The position numbers and the translations under genes were made by a program. Shown one piece after another: positions 1-12,625 of a stretch of DNA of 64,000 nucleotides. The notes under the pieces were generated by a model. That model did no database searches. It worked only from the letters and a program-made list of their open reading frames with translations, and was not told the origin of the DNA. Within the stretch, counting starts at the first letter, position 1. Each line of letters opens with the position of its first letter. The DNA comes from Aplysia californica. Taxonomy: Eukaryota. The stretch spans positions 266,969 through 330,968 of the forward strand of contig NW_004797693.1 of assembly GCF_000002075.1 (NCBI RefSeq), read 5' to 3'.

Positions 1-519
1 CCCACCTGTCTGTCCTGGCAAACGCAAGGGCGATAATATCCTTCAGATGTACATTAGGGCCTACTCTACTGTATCCATGGAACGAGATCTGTTGATTTCT
101 GTCTCGTCGCTTGCCCAAGAGGCGCACTCTTTTGAAGTGATCTTTCTTTTGAAGAAGGCGAATTTATCACATGCCTTTGCCTTTGGTATAATGGTTTTGG
201 TCTTTGCCGTAAACGCACAGAATGTGAGTTCGTTTCCCGCATCCTGGAGATATTTCAAAAGTATCTACTTTTTATGTGCGGACGGCTATAGTCCTGAAAT
301 GTCTAAATAAAGGGACTTGAAGTGCGTTACAGAATGTTGCAAGTACGAAACAACCTATAATACGACTAACTGAATTGTAGTTCGCGACTTGAACAGTGGC
401 TCTGAACACTTCTTCCCTTGTTACCATTTTGGTCTTTCAGTAAAGTGTTATATATTATTTTCACAAGCAAAAAATTATACTTAAGCTTAAACCTATCTAT
501 AGATTTACTTTTATTTATT

Positions 520-575
520 CGTAGTTTGTTGTTGTTGCTGATGTCTTTGTTGCTGCTGCTACTGTTATTGTTGTT

Positions 576-618
<43 letters not shown>

Positions 619-630
619 TTGTTCTTGTTA
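520..630. repeat. Microsatellite (TTG/CTG)n; others at 8620-8760 (AAT/GAT), 10045-10115 and 16330-16387 (CT), 20445-20560 and 52160-52265 (GT), 29022-29082 (GAT/GGT)
   Basis: Direct inspection. Confidence 0.9.
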
Positions 631-675
631 ATTGTTTGTGTAGTTTGTATTTTTTGCTAAGGATTTGATTTACCA

Positions 676-855
676 ATGGGTGGTTGGCGAGTGCTCTGGT
701 ATGGTTTGCTTCTTCTGTCCTATAAAAAACTATCGTCCTTATCTCGCCTCCTTCATTTTTGTTTTTGTTACTCTATTGTAACACCTCTAATCTTCGGCAC
801 TTATATGACTTTATTGTGTTGCAAGTGCCGTAAAACTCTTACTAAAACTAAAAAC
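676..855 (+). mobile_element. ~180-bp non-autonomous retroelement with I/Nimb-type 3' tail (family A)
   Basis: Starts GGGTGGTTGGCG, has 3' stem-loop CGGCACTT..AAGTGCCG and (ACTAAA)n tail; TSD ttgatttacca (665-675) / ttgacttacca (856-866). Confidence 0.85.
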
Positions 856-2215
856 TTGACTTACCATGCCCAACTTGTGTTAGCGCAACAATTCCATATT
901 AAGGGTCTAGTCTAAAGCATAACAGGCAAACTATGGCATGCGTGTCAGAACCGGTCCTCCAGCAATACCAGTTGACCCAGTAATTAATACGTAATGTTTC
1001 TCGTGCTGAGTTGATAATAATATAATAGTCCTTCTTGAAAATTAAATTAATGGTTACTGCCCAACTGGAAGGTTTAATTCTTACTCGCAGGCTATGTTTC
1101 ATCTGATGAAGTATCTTTGAATGGCATTTTATGCTACAGTGTCAGTTTTAGTCTCACTTTTGAGAGCTTGGGTATTTAAGTCGATTTCATCCAATCCAAT
1201 TTTCTCCCCACGGGATAACGGGTGGTTGGAAGAGGGCGCTACGTGTAGGTCCTATACTCATTATTTTACTTTCCCCTCTGTTGTTTTCGTCTTTCTGTCT
1301 TACTTTTTCCTCAGGACTAAATTATGGCCATTATTGTGTCCATATGCTTCTTTTTACTAAAAGAAAGAAAAAAAGCGAGATTTTTAAAAAGCTTAATCAG
1401 GCCCGCAACTTGAACACGCTTTCCCATGCCAATGCCTGGCCTGGGGTAGGCCCTATGCAATTGTCTTGGAACACTCCTCAATTTCGAATGAGATTCCCCA
1501 TTTTTGCCAACAGCAGCTGGGTCCATATCCTGGCACAGAATGCCCCAATGACCCCTTTTCCCGGCCCATTCAACCTGTCTAGCCATAGAGAGTGCCAAAC
1601 ATGGCTCATATTACAAAGTAAATATGTGCAGGACCCAATATTACGTTTTGCTAAGAGGTCAATGTAAATACATGTACGAAGTGCTGTGGTTGCTACGGGA
1701 AGGGGAGCAACTCTGAAAATAGGGCAGATCAGGGGTGGTCTTCGAGTTACGACCCTTAACCTATATTTGCTGTTGAGATTAACATTCCACTCTGCTCCAG
1801 TGTTTCCAGGCTTTTCTTCAGCGCAGGCTTTGTGATGTCTGAAACGTCACACAGAATAGCCTACACGAGAACGAAAATGAAGACTACTTAAAAGAGATAC
1901 TATGTTTATGAAAAATATTTACTTATTCAAATTTAGAGCTACTGATGCTTAGATCTAGATTTCTAGATCTAGATATAGATCTATATCCTTGCGGATATTT
2001 GGTTTAAAATTTTGTGTACGAAAACCGTCACCACACAAAATTTGATATGATAGATAACTGTTTATTGTCCATTTATCTCTTTCCTGGGACCATAATCTGT
2101 TTAATAGCCATGTCATTATTTTCATTTTGCATTGTATATGCTGCAGTAAGTAACTGCTCTACAACTGTGGGTATCTCTGTGTCTTCCTTTCTTTGCACTC
2201 ATCCACACAAAGGCG

Positions 2216-2372
2216 GGGTGGGTGGTGCGCGGGTGCTCTTATGTGCTTGGCTCCAATCTTCTTTATCTCCCCTCCTTCAGATGCTAGATCTTCTCTTTTG
2301 TACTTGCCCTAATGTAACACCTTTTATCTTCGGCACTTACATGACCGTATTGTGTTGCATGTGCCCTAATAA
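2216..2372 (+). mobile_element. Family A copy, degenerate
   Basis: Matches 676-855 by eye. Confidence 0.7.
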
Positions 2373-2394
2373 AGAAACACATCTTCATCCTAAC

Positions 2395-2575
2395 ACTACT
2401 GTTCTGGTACCCTGATCTTTCCTTGTCATCCATCTGTCGTTAAGGATTCCCAAGCTAGATTCTCTTGGTCTTTCCCTGCCTCCATTGATTTCTATCTCTC
2501 CAGTGAGAACAAAATGTTCAAGACCTTTACGTTGATTCAGATGACCCAGAAAGCGGCTAATTTGTCTGTTTGTAT
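2395..2575 (-). mobile_element. RTE-like LINE C-terminal remnant (an RTE-like 3' end with (AAGT)n tail also lies at ~12368-12465, minus strand)
   Basis: Minus-strand translation resembles the RTE motif: EHFVLTGEIE..GRERPR. Confidence 0.5.
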
Positions 2576-2668
2576 TCGTTTTTATTAGTAAGTGTCCTGG
2601 GACTACATAATCGTTATTGTATTAATGTACTTTCTATTTTTAACAAACTTAATATACTCCTTTTTCAG

Positions 2669-2788
2669 GATTTTACTTCTGCCAGATACGTTCGTCTCCG
2701 GTTCCAGAAAATAAGGACTCTCAATGCAGACCTTATGAGTTTTAGCAGCATCGACCCCGATTCAGCCGACGCCAGTGTCACACGAAGG
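2669..2788 (+). CDS. LAMA1/2: Laminin alpha exon 1 in window, LN domain (DFTSARYVRLRFQKIRTLNADLM...VTRR)
   Basis: tttcag acceptor, gtaagg donor, 120 nt, phase 0-0, conserved LN motif FTSARYVRLR..IRTLNADLM. Confidence 0.95.
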
Positions 2789-3714
2789 GTAAGGGCCGTA
2801 TTGTTTGCTTAAAATTTTCTTTATTATGCGATATTATGAGGAAAGCCATCTCATCTTATTATAAGCCTATAGGCTATCATCGTAGATGTAATTATAATCT
2901 ATACGTTACTGTGTTTGACTCCAGAATTGCAGCAGCAGCAACACCAGAAGCAACAACACCAATAATACACCAACAGCAACTCTATAGCAACAAGAACATC
3001 AACACAAACAACAACATTAGCCACAGCAGCTACAAAATAAACAACCTCAAGTGAATCAACTACAGCTCTAATTCCTATTGTGCCGCAGTTGTTATACTCA
3101 GTACTCTTAATATATTATGATAACTTCAGTAACATGTCTTTGTTTGTTTGTCAGGATCATTTTAGTTTGCTTAGTTTGCTGTAAAGAAATGTGCTTTCAA
3201 TGAATGTGTAGAATCTAAGTACATATGACCTGTAAGGGAGATTGGAGAGAAATTGGCCACCGTGGGAGGATTTTTGAAAAAAACGAAATAACCAAAAAAT
3301 GAAATATAATATAATATATATAAAAAATATTGACTTTGCTTTCGTGTATACAACCATTTAAATTCTCAGCAACAGGGTCATTATATTATTGCGCACTGTT
3401 GAACACTTGCAAAAATGGGTAGGAGTGTAGTTTTCAGTACTACAAACGCTTACTGACACCACTGTTTTGTGAAAGTTTTGTCTAAAAAATTGTGAGCTCC
3501 ACAACATGTTAAGCTTTTTGGAATGCAATTCTTTGAATATCTACGACTTTGAATAATATTACAAGATTCATAGAGCAGAGATAGAATGTATTGTATTGAT
3601 TCCTGACCTCATGGTCTTTTTATATAGTAATTCAAAAAGGGCAAAAATGTCAGAGATAGAACTTGGAAGTTCTAAGGTATCGTCATGTATACGATCAGGG
3701 AAAGTAGACTGTAC

Positions 3715-3864
3715 GTGAACAGCCCCTCTCCTAATTGTGGAACAGTATACACAGACAAAATGTTGATCTGTTAAGACAATATGATGCAAGTGAACAGCCC
3801 CTCTCCTTATTGTGGAACAGTATACACAGACAAAATGTTGATCTGTTAAGACAATATGATGCAA
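3715..3864. repeat. Tandem duplication, 2 x 75 bp
   Basis: Units 3715-3789 and 3790-3864 nearly identical. Confidence 0.9.
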
Positions 3865-4121
3865 GTCATTGTGCAAAGCTGAAGAGTCTATATATAGTTG
3901 AGGAAATATTTGACTAAGGTTCTGCATGAATTTTTGATAGTTTGCAGCATAATCTTGCAAGGCAACTAATATTGATCAGCGGAGCGGTATTAATTTAATT
4001 TCAATGTCCCTTTTAATTTTGGCTGATGTTGGCATGTGGGATAGTACATGTTTCTGTTGTTCAAACATGTTTTATTTTGTATTTTCTAAGCCAAATGCAT
4101 TTTTTTCCTGTTTTTTTTCAG

Positions 4122-4214
4122 TACTACTATTCTGTGAAGGACATTTCTATTGGAGGACAGTGCATTTGTTATGGTCATGCCACCTTCTGCCGCCGCCATG
4201 ACACGCTGGAAGAC
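4122..4214 (+). CDS. LAMA1/2: Laminin alpha exon 2 (YYYSVKDISIGGQCICYGHA...), LN end / first LE
   Basis: ttttcag / gtaagt, 93 nt, hallmark YYYSxKDISxGGxCxCxGHA. Confidence 0.96.
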
Positions 4215-4927
4215 GTAAGTTCTCTCTCACCTTACATATCCAACAACCAATTAAATACGCTTGGCTTTATCAGTTTCCTTTCCAGAATCACCTTTGAATT
4301 TTTCTTGAAGCTCATTTTTATTATTTTTTTCCTTGAAGTGGGTTGGGTAGCAAGCACAACGGTTATGATGCCATTTTTTATTTCACGATTTTGTGGGCTA
4401 ATATACCTGACTTATTGAATAAATACAGTGCAAGATATATTGAATTATTAGATTCTAAATAAATTGATCTAGACCAGAATTTTCTAGAGATATACAATTT
4501 AGATATAGACCCAAGCTAGATAGATCTGTTACAGGTCTGTAGATTTCTGAACATCTTGCGTACGACTGTCATGTTGTATAATTCACTAATTCAAATTGCA
4601 TGGAAACATACTTTTGTTTTTTTTCTAGATTGTAAGTCTGTAGATATGTATAAAGTATTAGAACTTGAGATAGTAAAAGTAAACTTAAACAATTTGCAGA
4701 GGTAAAAAGGACGGATGTAGATGATGAGGATATCGACTGCTCAGAGTAAGACTCAGTCAGTTATCACTTTTCCCATTGGCATATATATATATATATTGTA
4801 GAATCTTACTCTCAGTGGTTGATAGGCCTATAATATATATAAAGGAAATTAATAGTGTGCTTTTTAGTTGGATCGGTATACATACAACAGAAGTTTCTTT
4901 ATGCTCCCTCGTTTGTCCTGCTTTCAG

Positions 4928-5042
4928 CGTCTTCAATGTCAGTGCCTGCACAACACTGCAGGAGACAACTGTGAGATGTGTCTGCCAAAGTTCAACCAAA
5001 AACCGTGGAAAGTCGGTGGCATTCAAGGACTTGGCTGTGAAG
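4928..5042 (+). CDS. LAMA1/2: Laminin alpha exon 3, LE (RLQCQCLHNTAGDNCEMCLPKFNQKPW...)
   Basis: tttcag / gtatca, 115 nt, phase 0-1. Confidence 0.95.
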
Positions 5043-5345
5043 GTATCAACCATGATAGGATTCTATCTTTTTGATCTTGATTGACTTTGATTCTTTTATC
5101 TTGTGTTTTTTAATGAATGTCATCTGGTTCAGTGTACTGTAGTTGTGATGAATCTCACCTTAAGTTCTGAAATAAATGTGTAGATTTATTGTTTTCCAGA
5201 GGTTGCCTTCTAAATTATCTAAATTGTGTTGATGGTGTAAAAACATCCACATAAAAAAATAAGGTAGCGTGCTTGTCAGCTCATATCAGTTGTATCAATA
5301 GTTTAGTCAAACTCAAACATTTGCAATCCGCCTTTGTCTTCACAG

Positions 5346-5464
5346 AATGCAACTGCCATGGCAAGTCGGATGAGTGTGTGTACAACGCTACAGTGGATGC
5401 CAACAAACTCAGTCTGAACATGACAGGCAGTTATGATGGAGGAGGAGTCTGTCTCAACTGTCGG
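5346..5464 (+). CDS. LAMA1/2: Laminin alpha exon 4, LE (CNCHGKSDECVYN...GGGVCLNCR)
   Basis: cacag / gtaggg, 119 nt, phase 1-0. Confidence 0.95.
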
Positions 5465-6381
5465 GTAGGGATGGATCAGAATTGCGTTTTTCTTTTTCAA
5501 ATTGTTTTTTTAAAAAATCCTTTCTTTCACTGAGCCACACCCAGGCGCCAAGTTATATACATGGTCAAACGTGTCCAAGATAACCACCCATTATGGAGGA
5601 AGGGAGAAATGGTTGTTTGTACAGATGATTGTCTTGAACAGGTGGTCATTAGAGCAGGTTTGACCAAAAGATCTTGTCTATATATTAGTGTTCTAGCCCC
5701 TATAAAATGGCAGCTTGCACTGTATGCTTTCCAAGAAATTGAGATTGTTTCAGAAGGCTAAATTAGGTATTCTGGCGTAATAATATAGATTGCAAAGTGC
5801 ATAGAGCTTGCTTTTGAGCGGGAATTTGTGCTATACAAATGCTATCTACTATAATTATTATATTTTGTGTAGTCCATGATCTTGTTTCAGTCTTCGGTCC
5901 ATATATATTTCAGACGTATCTAGTGTTCAAGGGTGTTGTCTAGCATAAAACTTTAAACTTTCGGATGAAAGGTCTTTTCCTATTTGTAGGATTTCATAAC
6001 CGTCAGTTAAAAAATGAAATGGGAGACCACTTGGTTCATTTTATGTTTATCTGAAAGCAGGAAAACATGTTCATGGTGCTGAAAGTTTGGTAAAAAAGCT
6101 AAAGAAGTTGGTCAAACTAGCAGATTGTTGTTGCTTGTAGAGAGGATCAATGTGAAAAATTTAGGATGTGGGAAAAGATTGGCAAAAAGACTGATTGGGA
6201 GAGGTAGGAAGAGAAGCCATTAGTGAGTCACACTATCTGGTCTGTGAGTCAGTGGCATTTTTGAGTTAATCCCCAAACTACCCATTCAGAAATATTAAGG
6301 TAGTCGTTTTACTTTTTTGTTTTTATGCTGTTGCTAGCGCTGTAAAACTTCTTCCAAACCAAACCACCTTTTCTGTTCCAG

Positions 6382-6546
6382 GAATACACAACAGGTGTCA
6401 ACTGTGAACGTTGTCTCCCCGGCTACTATCGCCCGCGTGGAATGACCCCTGACATGAGGTTCCCCTGCCGACAATGTAACTGTCAGGAGACCCAGACGTC
6501 CACTAGTGAATGTGTGCTGGATGATTCCCGTGTCGATGAAGGATTG
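6382..6546 (+). CDS. LAMA1/2: Laminin alpha exon 5, LE (EYTTGVNCERCLPGYYRP...)
   Basis: ttccag / gtatgc, 165 nt, phase 0-0, hand translated. Confidence 0.93.
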
Positions 6547-6776
6547 GTATGCCAGAATCTTATGACTCTTTCAACTTTGTCTTTATTATTTTTTTATAGG
6601 GCATAATGGTTGCCTTGCTCAGCTGCTCTGACTTTTGAGAGCTGCTGTGATTACTGTGAGCATTGTGTGAATTGGTTCAGCTGATCTTTTTTTCAGTTGA
6701 AGTTGACTTTAAAAGGTGTAAGAAATACAACAATGTTTATGCTGTTTATCATTTCATTTATGTTTGTGTCCCCAAT

Positions 6777-6925
6777 GTTGGAAGTGAGTATACTCTGGTG
6801 TCCTTCTTTCCTATCTAAAATCTGTTGTCCAATCTCTCCTTCTCTTCTTTGTATGTTACTCTCTAGTAACACCTCAAATCTTCAACACTTTTATGACCTA
6901 TTTGTGTTGCAAGATTAAAACTATT
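6777..6925 (+). mobile_element. Family A copy (a tail-only remnant also lies at ~6325-6365)
   Basis: Similarity to family A consensus. Confidence 0.7.
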
Positions 6926-7008
6926 TTAAAAAATGCAATGGCATTAATTTAATGACAAACATTGCAAATATACTTGTCCCACATCTCAGTGACTGTATGT
7001 CTTTGCAG

Positions 7009-7164
7009 GAACCTGGGTCATGTATCTGTAAGGAGGGCTACTCTGGTCCGGGCTGTGATCGCTGTGCTTTTGGCTATTTTGGATTCCCGAACTGTCGTCC
7101 GTGCCGATGTAATGCAGCTGGGAGTAGGGACCCGGACAACTGTGATAGAGCATGTGTCTGCAAG
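7009..7164 (+). CDS. LAMA1/2: Laminin alpha exon 6, LE (EPGSCICKEGYSGPGCDRC...CVCK)
   Basis: ttgcag / gtacat, 156 nt. Confidence 0.94.
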
Positions 7165-7396
7165 GTACATAGTTATAGAAGCAGTGTTATATATATATAT
7201 GTTTTATAGTATATTTGAATCTTAAAATAAAGGCAAACATATTAGAAAATGCATTTGTTCCTCTTTTTGTAACTTTTTTTTATAGGCCTAGTGGTTACAA
7301 GTTGCTTTTAGTTTTAGAGTTAAGCAGAAGCTATTCTGTACTAAAAGAACAGCAAGATTGTTACGCTTTAATGTACTCAAATGTTTGTTCCCTTAG

Positions 7397-7537
7397 GTTC
7401 ATGTCCGGGGCAGTCGTTGCGACAGTTGTGAGCCAGGGTATTTCAATCTGGAGCAAGCAAACCCTGAAGGCTGCACCAAGTGCTTCTGTTTTGGTGTTTC
7501 TACAGTTTGTGAGAGTGTGTCATGGGGGCTGTCCAGG
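7397..7537 (+). CDS. LAMA1/2: Laminin alpha exon 7, LE ([11 protein letters not shown]...[17 protein letters not shown])
   Basis: ccttag / gtaaga, 141 nt. Confidence 0.94.
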
Positions 7538-8180
7538 GTAAGAACTTGTTGCTTTTATAAATTGTGTTTATTCTTCATCCAGTGGGGCTCAACTTTTGAT
7601 TCATTGGCATTGATATTTAGCCAAAGTTTTTGTTCAATTATTGTGTCTTTATGCTGGCTGTTGAGAGCTCTGTAAGACTTGTACCTAAGCAAATAATTGT
7701 TGTGTTGTGTAAGAGCGTGTTCTGTTAAGGTATGAGTAAGGAATGGTACTTATACCCCTCTCCTGAGCTAACTGAGTGGACTCCAAAAGTAACAGGGGGA
7801 TAGGGCTGGGATGGGGGGGGGCGCAGAGGAGATGCTCTGAAAGGGTTTGTGAATCTCTTACAGGCATGTACAATAAATATAGGAGCTGGAATTAGATGTC
7901 GATATTTGTGCAGCTATGATAAACTCATTCACTTAGAAATTTTCTCCGTAACTTGCACAATCTATGATTTCAGATTTTCTTAAAAACTTTTTTGCAGGCT
8001 ATATCCATATGATGAATTATGTTTGTTCAAAATCCTTGTAGATCCTACCATTATATAGTCAGTAATTTCAGAGCTGAAATGATAAAGCTCAGGCCAGTAC
8101 TGACTGGGTGCATCAAAAGCAAAAATAATGTCCACAATCTGATATATATATATTTATTCATAAACTTGATTCCTCTACAG

Positions 8181-8369
8181 GTGGATGACTACTCTGGATG
8201 GGTTCTGTCTACTTTGGGTCCGGGAGGTTTGACCTTACTGCCGCGGATGTTTGGTGGTTGGCTTGAAGCGAAGACATATCTTCTTAAAGTGGATGCCATT
8301 GACCCACGGTCCTACTCTCAAGATGACATCCACTACTGGGTGGCTCCTATGTCCTACTTGGGAAATCGG
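8181..8369 (+). CDS. LAMA1/2: Laminin alpha exon 8, L4a (VDDYSGW...HYWVAPMSYLGNR)
   Basis: ctacag / gttcgt, 189 nt, YWxAPxxYLGN motif. Confidence 0.92.
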
Positions 8370-8653
8370 GTTCGTTACTTAACCTGTATAGGTCCTGTTA
8401 TAAAAATAATAATAATGTAAAGTTACCTGGCGGTCCGATGAGTCTAGGATAGATGTTGCCTTGTCGTAGTTCTGTGTCCGACTGACTTTCAGTGAGTCTC
8501 TCTCAAACGTTCTTGACCTATTTTCCCGCGGCTCCTTGTGACATCATCCAAGGATGTGCTACTCCCTTAATTATCTTGTCCCCACAGTAAAGATGAGAGT
8601 CATGTCCCTTGACATCACATAATAATAATATTGATATAATAATGATAATAATG

Positions 8654-8688
<35 letters not shown>

Positions 8689-9246
8689 AATATTAATAAC
8701 AACTATAAAAACAATAATAATGATAATAATAATAATGATAGTATGATAATATTAATAATGCACTTTATTTCTACAGCAACCATCTCTGTACAATGCAGGA
8801 TGAGCACTTAACAATACCTTCGTCTTAACACAAAATACATGTGATTGAACATGCATATTATATACATGTATTAGCTCTTTAGATTAATGCCAGTACAAAA
8901 GCATTCGTACTATCACAGTACAATTGATGATGACATGCCTATCTCATTATGACCATAAGAGTACCATGAATAAGAAGGACGAATTGTTATGACTCTGGCC
9001 ATGCTACCACAGACAATACAACATTTCTGTATAATATGATCATCCCAAAATTTGTCCATGGTTATTTTTTTCCTTAAGAAAGTTAAATTGTAGAGATCTG
9101 ATCTATTTCAATATATATCTTGAAAACAGATGTGTTTCTGTAATGCTCAGTTATTGTAGAAGAATATGCTTTTTGTCAAGCTTTCTCAAAATGTTCTACG
9201 ACAGCAGTTATTGTGGATATTACCGTAGCCCAGTTACTTGTTTTGC

Positions 9247-9344
9247 TTGACCCTACTGCCTCGGTTGTTTGGTAGTTGGCTAGAAGCGAAGACATTTCTT
9301 CTTAAAATGGATGTTATTGACCCACGCTCCTGTTCTCAAGATGA
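9247..9344 (+). pseudogene. Intronic degenerate copy of part of exon 8
   Basis: Ungapped 98-nt match to 8229-8326 with 12 mismatches by hand count. Confidence 0.85.
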
Positions 9345-9832
9345 GAGGCTTGGCCAAGTTACATGTTTTGTTAGAAGTTTTTATTGAATACTATCTTTGC
9401 CAAGTTACATGTTTTGTTAAAAGTTTTAAAAAAATATTACCTTTGCCAAGTTACATGTTTTGTCTCTTGCACTTACTCATGTTCTCCCCTTGCCTCACTG
9501 TCCTCTAGACTTTGAGAGCTCTAGTGTTTGAATAGTTCATGAACACAGGCATGTAGACAATGCCAAACTATATCAGTGCATGGCTTTTGCATTATTGCTG
9601 GTCACAAGGTTGCTCCTTACGCAAAGTACAATAATTTTAGCTTAAAACTGGGAGCTGAAATGCAATAGTGGTATAATTTGTTCACCGTGAAGTATTGTAA
9701 CGTTCTAATTTGTTTTTCTATTCTGTATAGGTTGTTGCCATGTCATATTTCTTCATAGGAAGGATGAAGATATCTTTCTTTCTCTGTATTTCTTTCTTTA
9801 TCTGTCTTTCTTTCTTTCTCTATCTTTCTCAT

Positions 9833-9995
9833 TGGATGGTTGACGGGCATTTTAGAGTAATTTGCTAATTCTTTCCTATCAAACATTTATCTTCTTTTTC
9901 TCTGCTTCTTTTCGTTGTATCTTACTCTCTAGAAACACCTCTTTTCCTTAGCACTTATGAACAAGTGCGGTAATACTCTTCCTAAAACTAAAACT
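9833..9995 (+). mobile_element. Family A copy, degenerate
   Basis: cctatcaaacat...gcacttatg...ctaaaactaaaac. Confidence 0.7.
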
Positions 9996-10069
9996 CTTTC
10001 TCTCTCTCTTTTTTTCCTTTTTCCTTTTTTGGGTCACTGCACTTAAACTCTCTCTTTCTCTCTTTCTCT

Positions 10070-10120
<51 letters not shown>

Positions 10121-10187
10121 TTTTTTTTTTTTTACATTTTCCTCCTTTTTTAGTCACTAACTGCAATGACCTCCTCTTGTTTGACAG

Positions 10188-10289
10188 CTGAGTTCCTATG
10201 GTGGTTACCTGACCTTTACCCTCAAGTATAGTCTGGATGATCAGCTGTCTGGTGGATATCACCTGAGGGAACCCAATTTGGTGCTGGAG
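10188..10289 (+). CDS. LAMA1/2: Laminin alpha exon 9, L4a (LSSYGGYLTFTLKY...PNLVLE)
   Basis: tgacag / gtgagc, 102 nt, SYGGxL motif. Confidence 0.93.
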
Positions 10290-10839
10290 GTGAGCTTCAT
10301 CACTTTTAGAAGATACAGGCTGCTATTTATCTGTCCTCCTTCCTTCTTTCTTNNNNNNNNNNNNNNNNNNNNNNNNNNNNNNNNNNNNNNNNNNNNNNNN
10401 NNNNNNNNNNNNNNNNNNNNNNNNNNNNNNNNNNNNNNNNNNNNNNNNNNNNNNNNNNNNNNNNNNNNNNNNNNNNNNNNNNNNNNNNNNNNNNNNNNNN
10501 NNNNNNNNNNNNNNNNNNNNNNNNNNNNNNNNNNNNNNNNNNNNNNNNNNNNNNNNNNNNNNNNNNNNNNNNNNNNNNNNNNNNNNNNNNNNNNNNNNNN
10601 NNNNNNNNNNNNNNNNNNNNNNNNNNNNNNNNNNNNNNNNNNNNNNNNNNNNNNNNNNNNNNNNNNNNNNNNNNNNNNNNNNNNNNNNNNNNNNNNNNNN
10701 NNNNNNNNNNNNNNNTGACAATGTGTATGTTTTTCTTTTATTATCTGTCTGTCATTCTATTATTCCTGTTCTCTTTCCCTAGCCCTGTCCTTCCACAAAT
10801 AACAATCTTTTGTTCAATATTCTTATTTATTTATTTCAG

Positions 10840-11042
10840 GGCAGCAATTTGGCCATCACTACCGACAAGGAATATCTGAGGGAAGAGATGGAGAACAAAG
10901 TGCGCATCCGTCTACATGAAAGTGGCTGGTTCCGCCTCAGCGATAGACAGCCAGTTACGAGGGATGAGATGATGACTGTGTTGTACAGCCTGAGCCGTCT
11001 GCTCATCCGCGCTACCTATCACACAGCTCAAGAAACTGTTTT
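10840..11042 (+). CDS. LAMA1/2: Laminin alpha exon 10, L4a (GSNLAITT...MMTVLYSLSRLLIRATYH)
   Basis: tttcag / gtgagt, 203 nt, phase 0-2. Confidence 0.93.
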
Positions 11043-11300
11043 GTGAGTTTCCCCAAATTTTCTGTTTCGTGAATATTCAAACAAAGTAACACACAGAAAA
11101 CTGGAATTGTGAGTTTGTATGTGTGGGTTTTCCGATTAGTGATATTTGAACAAAACAACTCACAGGAAACTGTTTTGTGAGTTTTTACATGTGGGTTTTC
11201 CGATTAGTGATATTTAATTTAAACAAATCAACACACAGAAAACTTGTTTGTGAGTTAGTAAGTGTGCGTTTTCTGATTAGTGATATTTAAACAAAATGAC
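11027..11300. repeat. ~70-bp minisatellite, 4 units, overlapping the exon 10 donor
   Basis: Recurring gaaactg..ttgtgagtt..gattagtgatatt..aacaaa. Confidence 0.8.
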
Positions 11301-11518
11301 TCAAAATAGCGCAGATTACCAGTCTTTTCTTTGGAGATTTCTTGTCTTCTGTCAGAGGTGACCCAACAGATGACAAATCTACGAGAGTAGAAGAAGTTAT
11401 GCTCTCAGCCATGTGTGGCAGCAAATTATATTTGCCATATTTTCATAGTATTTCATTTTACAATTCACAGCACACAGGTTCGTATTTTGAAGATGATACA
11501 ATTTTGTTTTGTTCTCAG

Positions 11519-11630
11519 CCTGAAGAATGTCTACATGGACATGGCAAGCCCTCTGGTCATGGATGGAAGCTCTTTACCATCTGTTGAACAATGCAGATGT
11601 CCTCAGGGCTATGCTGGACTGTCATGTGAG
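11519..11630 (+). CDS. LAMA1/2: Laminin alpha exon 11 (LKNVYMDMA...VEQCRCPQGYAGLSCE)
   Basis: tctcag / gtatgt, 112 nt, phase 2-0. Confidence 0.94.
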
Positions 11631-12511
11631 GTATGTAATGCTGCATTCTGTTCAGTGTGTTGTCTGTCTTACAATCTACCCCAACAAATTGTTGACAGAG
11701 AGTTTACACATGGTGCTAGTGGAGATAAGTAACTGGTGGAGATTTTTTGTTATTTGTGAAGCATTTCTTTAAAACAAATAATAAGAATATTGAAGTCTGA
11801 TCACCATAATTAATTTGTTTGATCTTTCTGATCGTTTTGTATCTCCCAACTGAACGGTGATGCTGAAGTGTTTATCAAGAATTTACTCCTTTCTGATATT
11901 TTAATGACCTGCATCTGTGGTGTACTGGTAAGGCTCCATTCAGTTGTAGGCAGAGTATGTGGGTTCAGTTTCGACTTTTGGAAGTTGTTTTATCAAGTAC
12001 CCCCAGTATTGTTTTTACTCGGGATATTCGAGGGTTTGGCTCGTTTGAAGACTATTTGGGGTGTAAATTATTCACATACCTTTTAGAATGAAACAGGAAC
12101 AATTATACCACCTAAAATCAATCCAAATCAAGACTTTTGTAATGAATACCTACTGATAATACACTTTCAACTACCATTTCAAAACATTTGCTTGACAAAA
12201 TGGATTCCTAAATAGCTTCAGAACAATAATTTCACAACACTTGAAAGTGTGCCTGTTGTATTTCTTTACCTATCTGTGATGCAATGGTATGGCTTTTTAT
12301 GTTACATGCAAAGAGAATGTGTCTTTCTCCTTGAATATAATGCTGTATAGCCTGACAGTTGGCCTTCTTACTTACTTACTTAGGCCTACTTATCCCTTAG
12401 TCTAGAAGACCGTTTGAGTACCAAGGATGATCAGGCAATCACTTTTCTCCATCCTTCTGTCACTATTTTTGCTTCTTTCTTATTCTGTCATACAATGATT
12501 TATTGCAACAG

Positions 12512-12625
12512 AGCTGCTCTCCTGGATGGCGCCGCGTGGAGAACCAACTGTACGGAGGACGGTGCCAGCAATGTCAGTGTTACGGCCATGCCTCTGGCTG
12601 TGATCCTGTCACCGGAGACTGCATG
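12512..12625 (+). CDS. LAMA1/2: Laminin alpha exon 12, LE (SCSPGWRRV...CQCYGHASGCDPVTGDCM)
   Basis: caacag / gtgggt, 114 nt. Confidence 0.93.

Noticed and set aside
1-310. Degenerate LINE reverse transcriptase on the minus strand
   Set aside because: Only vague RTE-like residues; cannot be supported without a profile search.
903-1755. TTAA-flanked Kolobok-like element (gggtc..gaccc)
   Set aside because: Only ~5 bp of clear TIR and no second copy in the window; too weak to list.
11027-11300. CRISPR-like array
   Set aside because: Eukaryotic intron with degenerate tandem units, no unique spacers and no cas genes.
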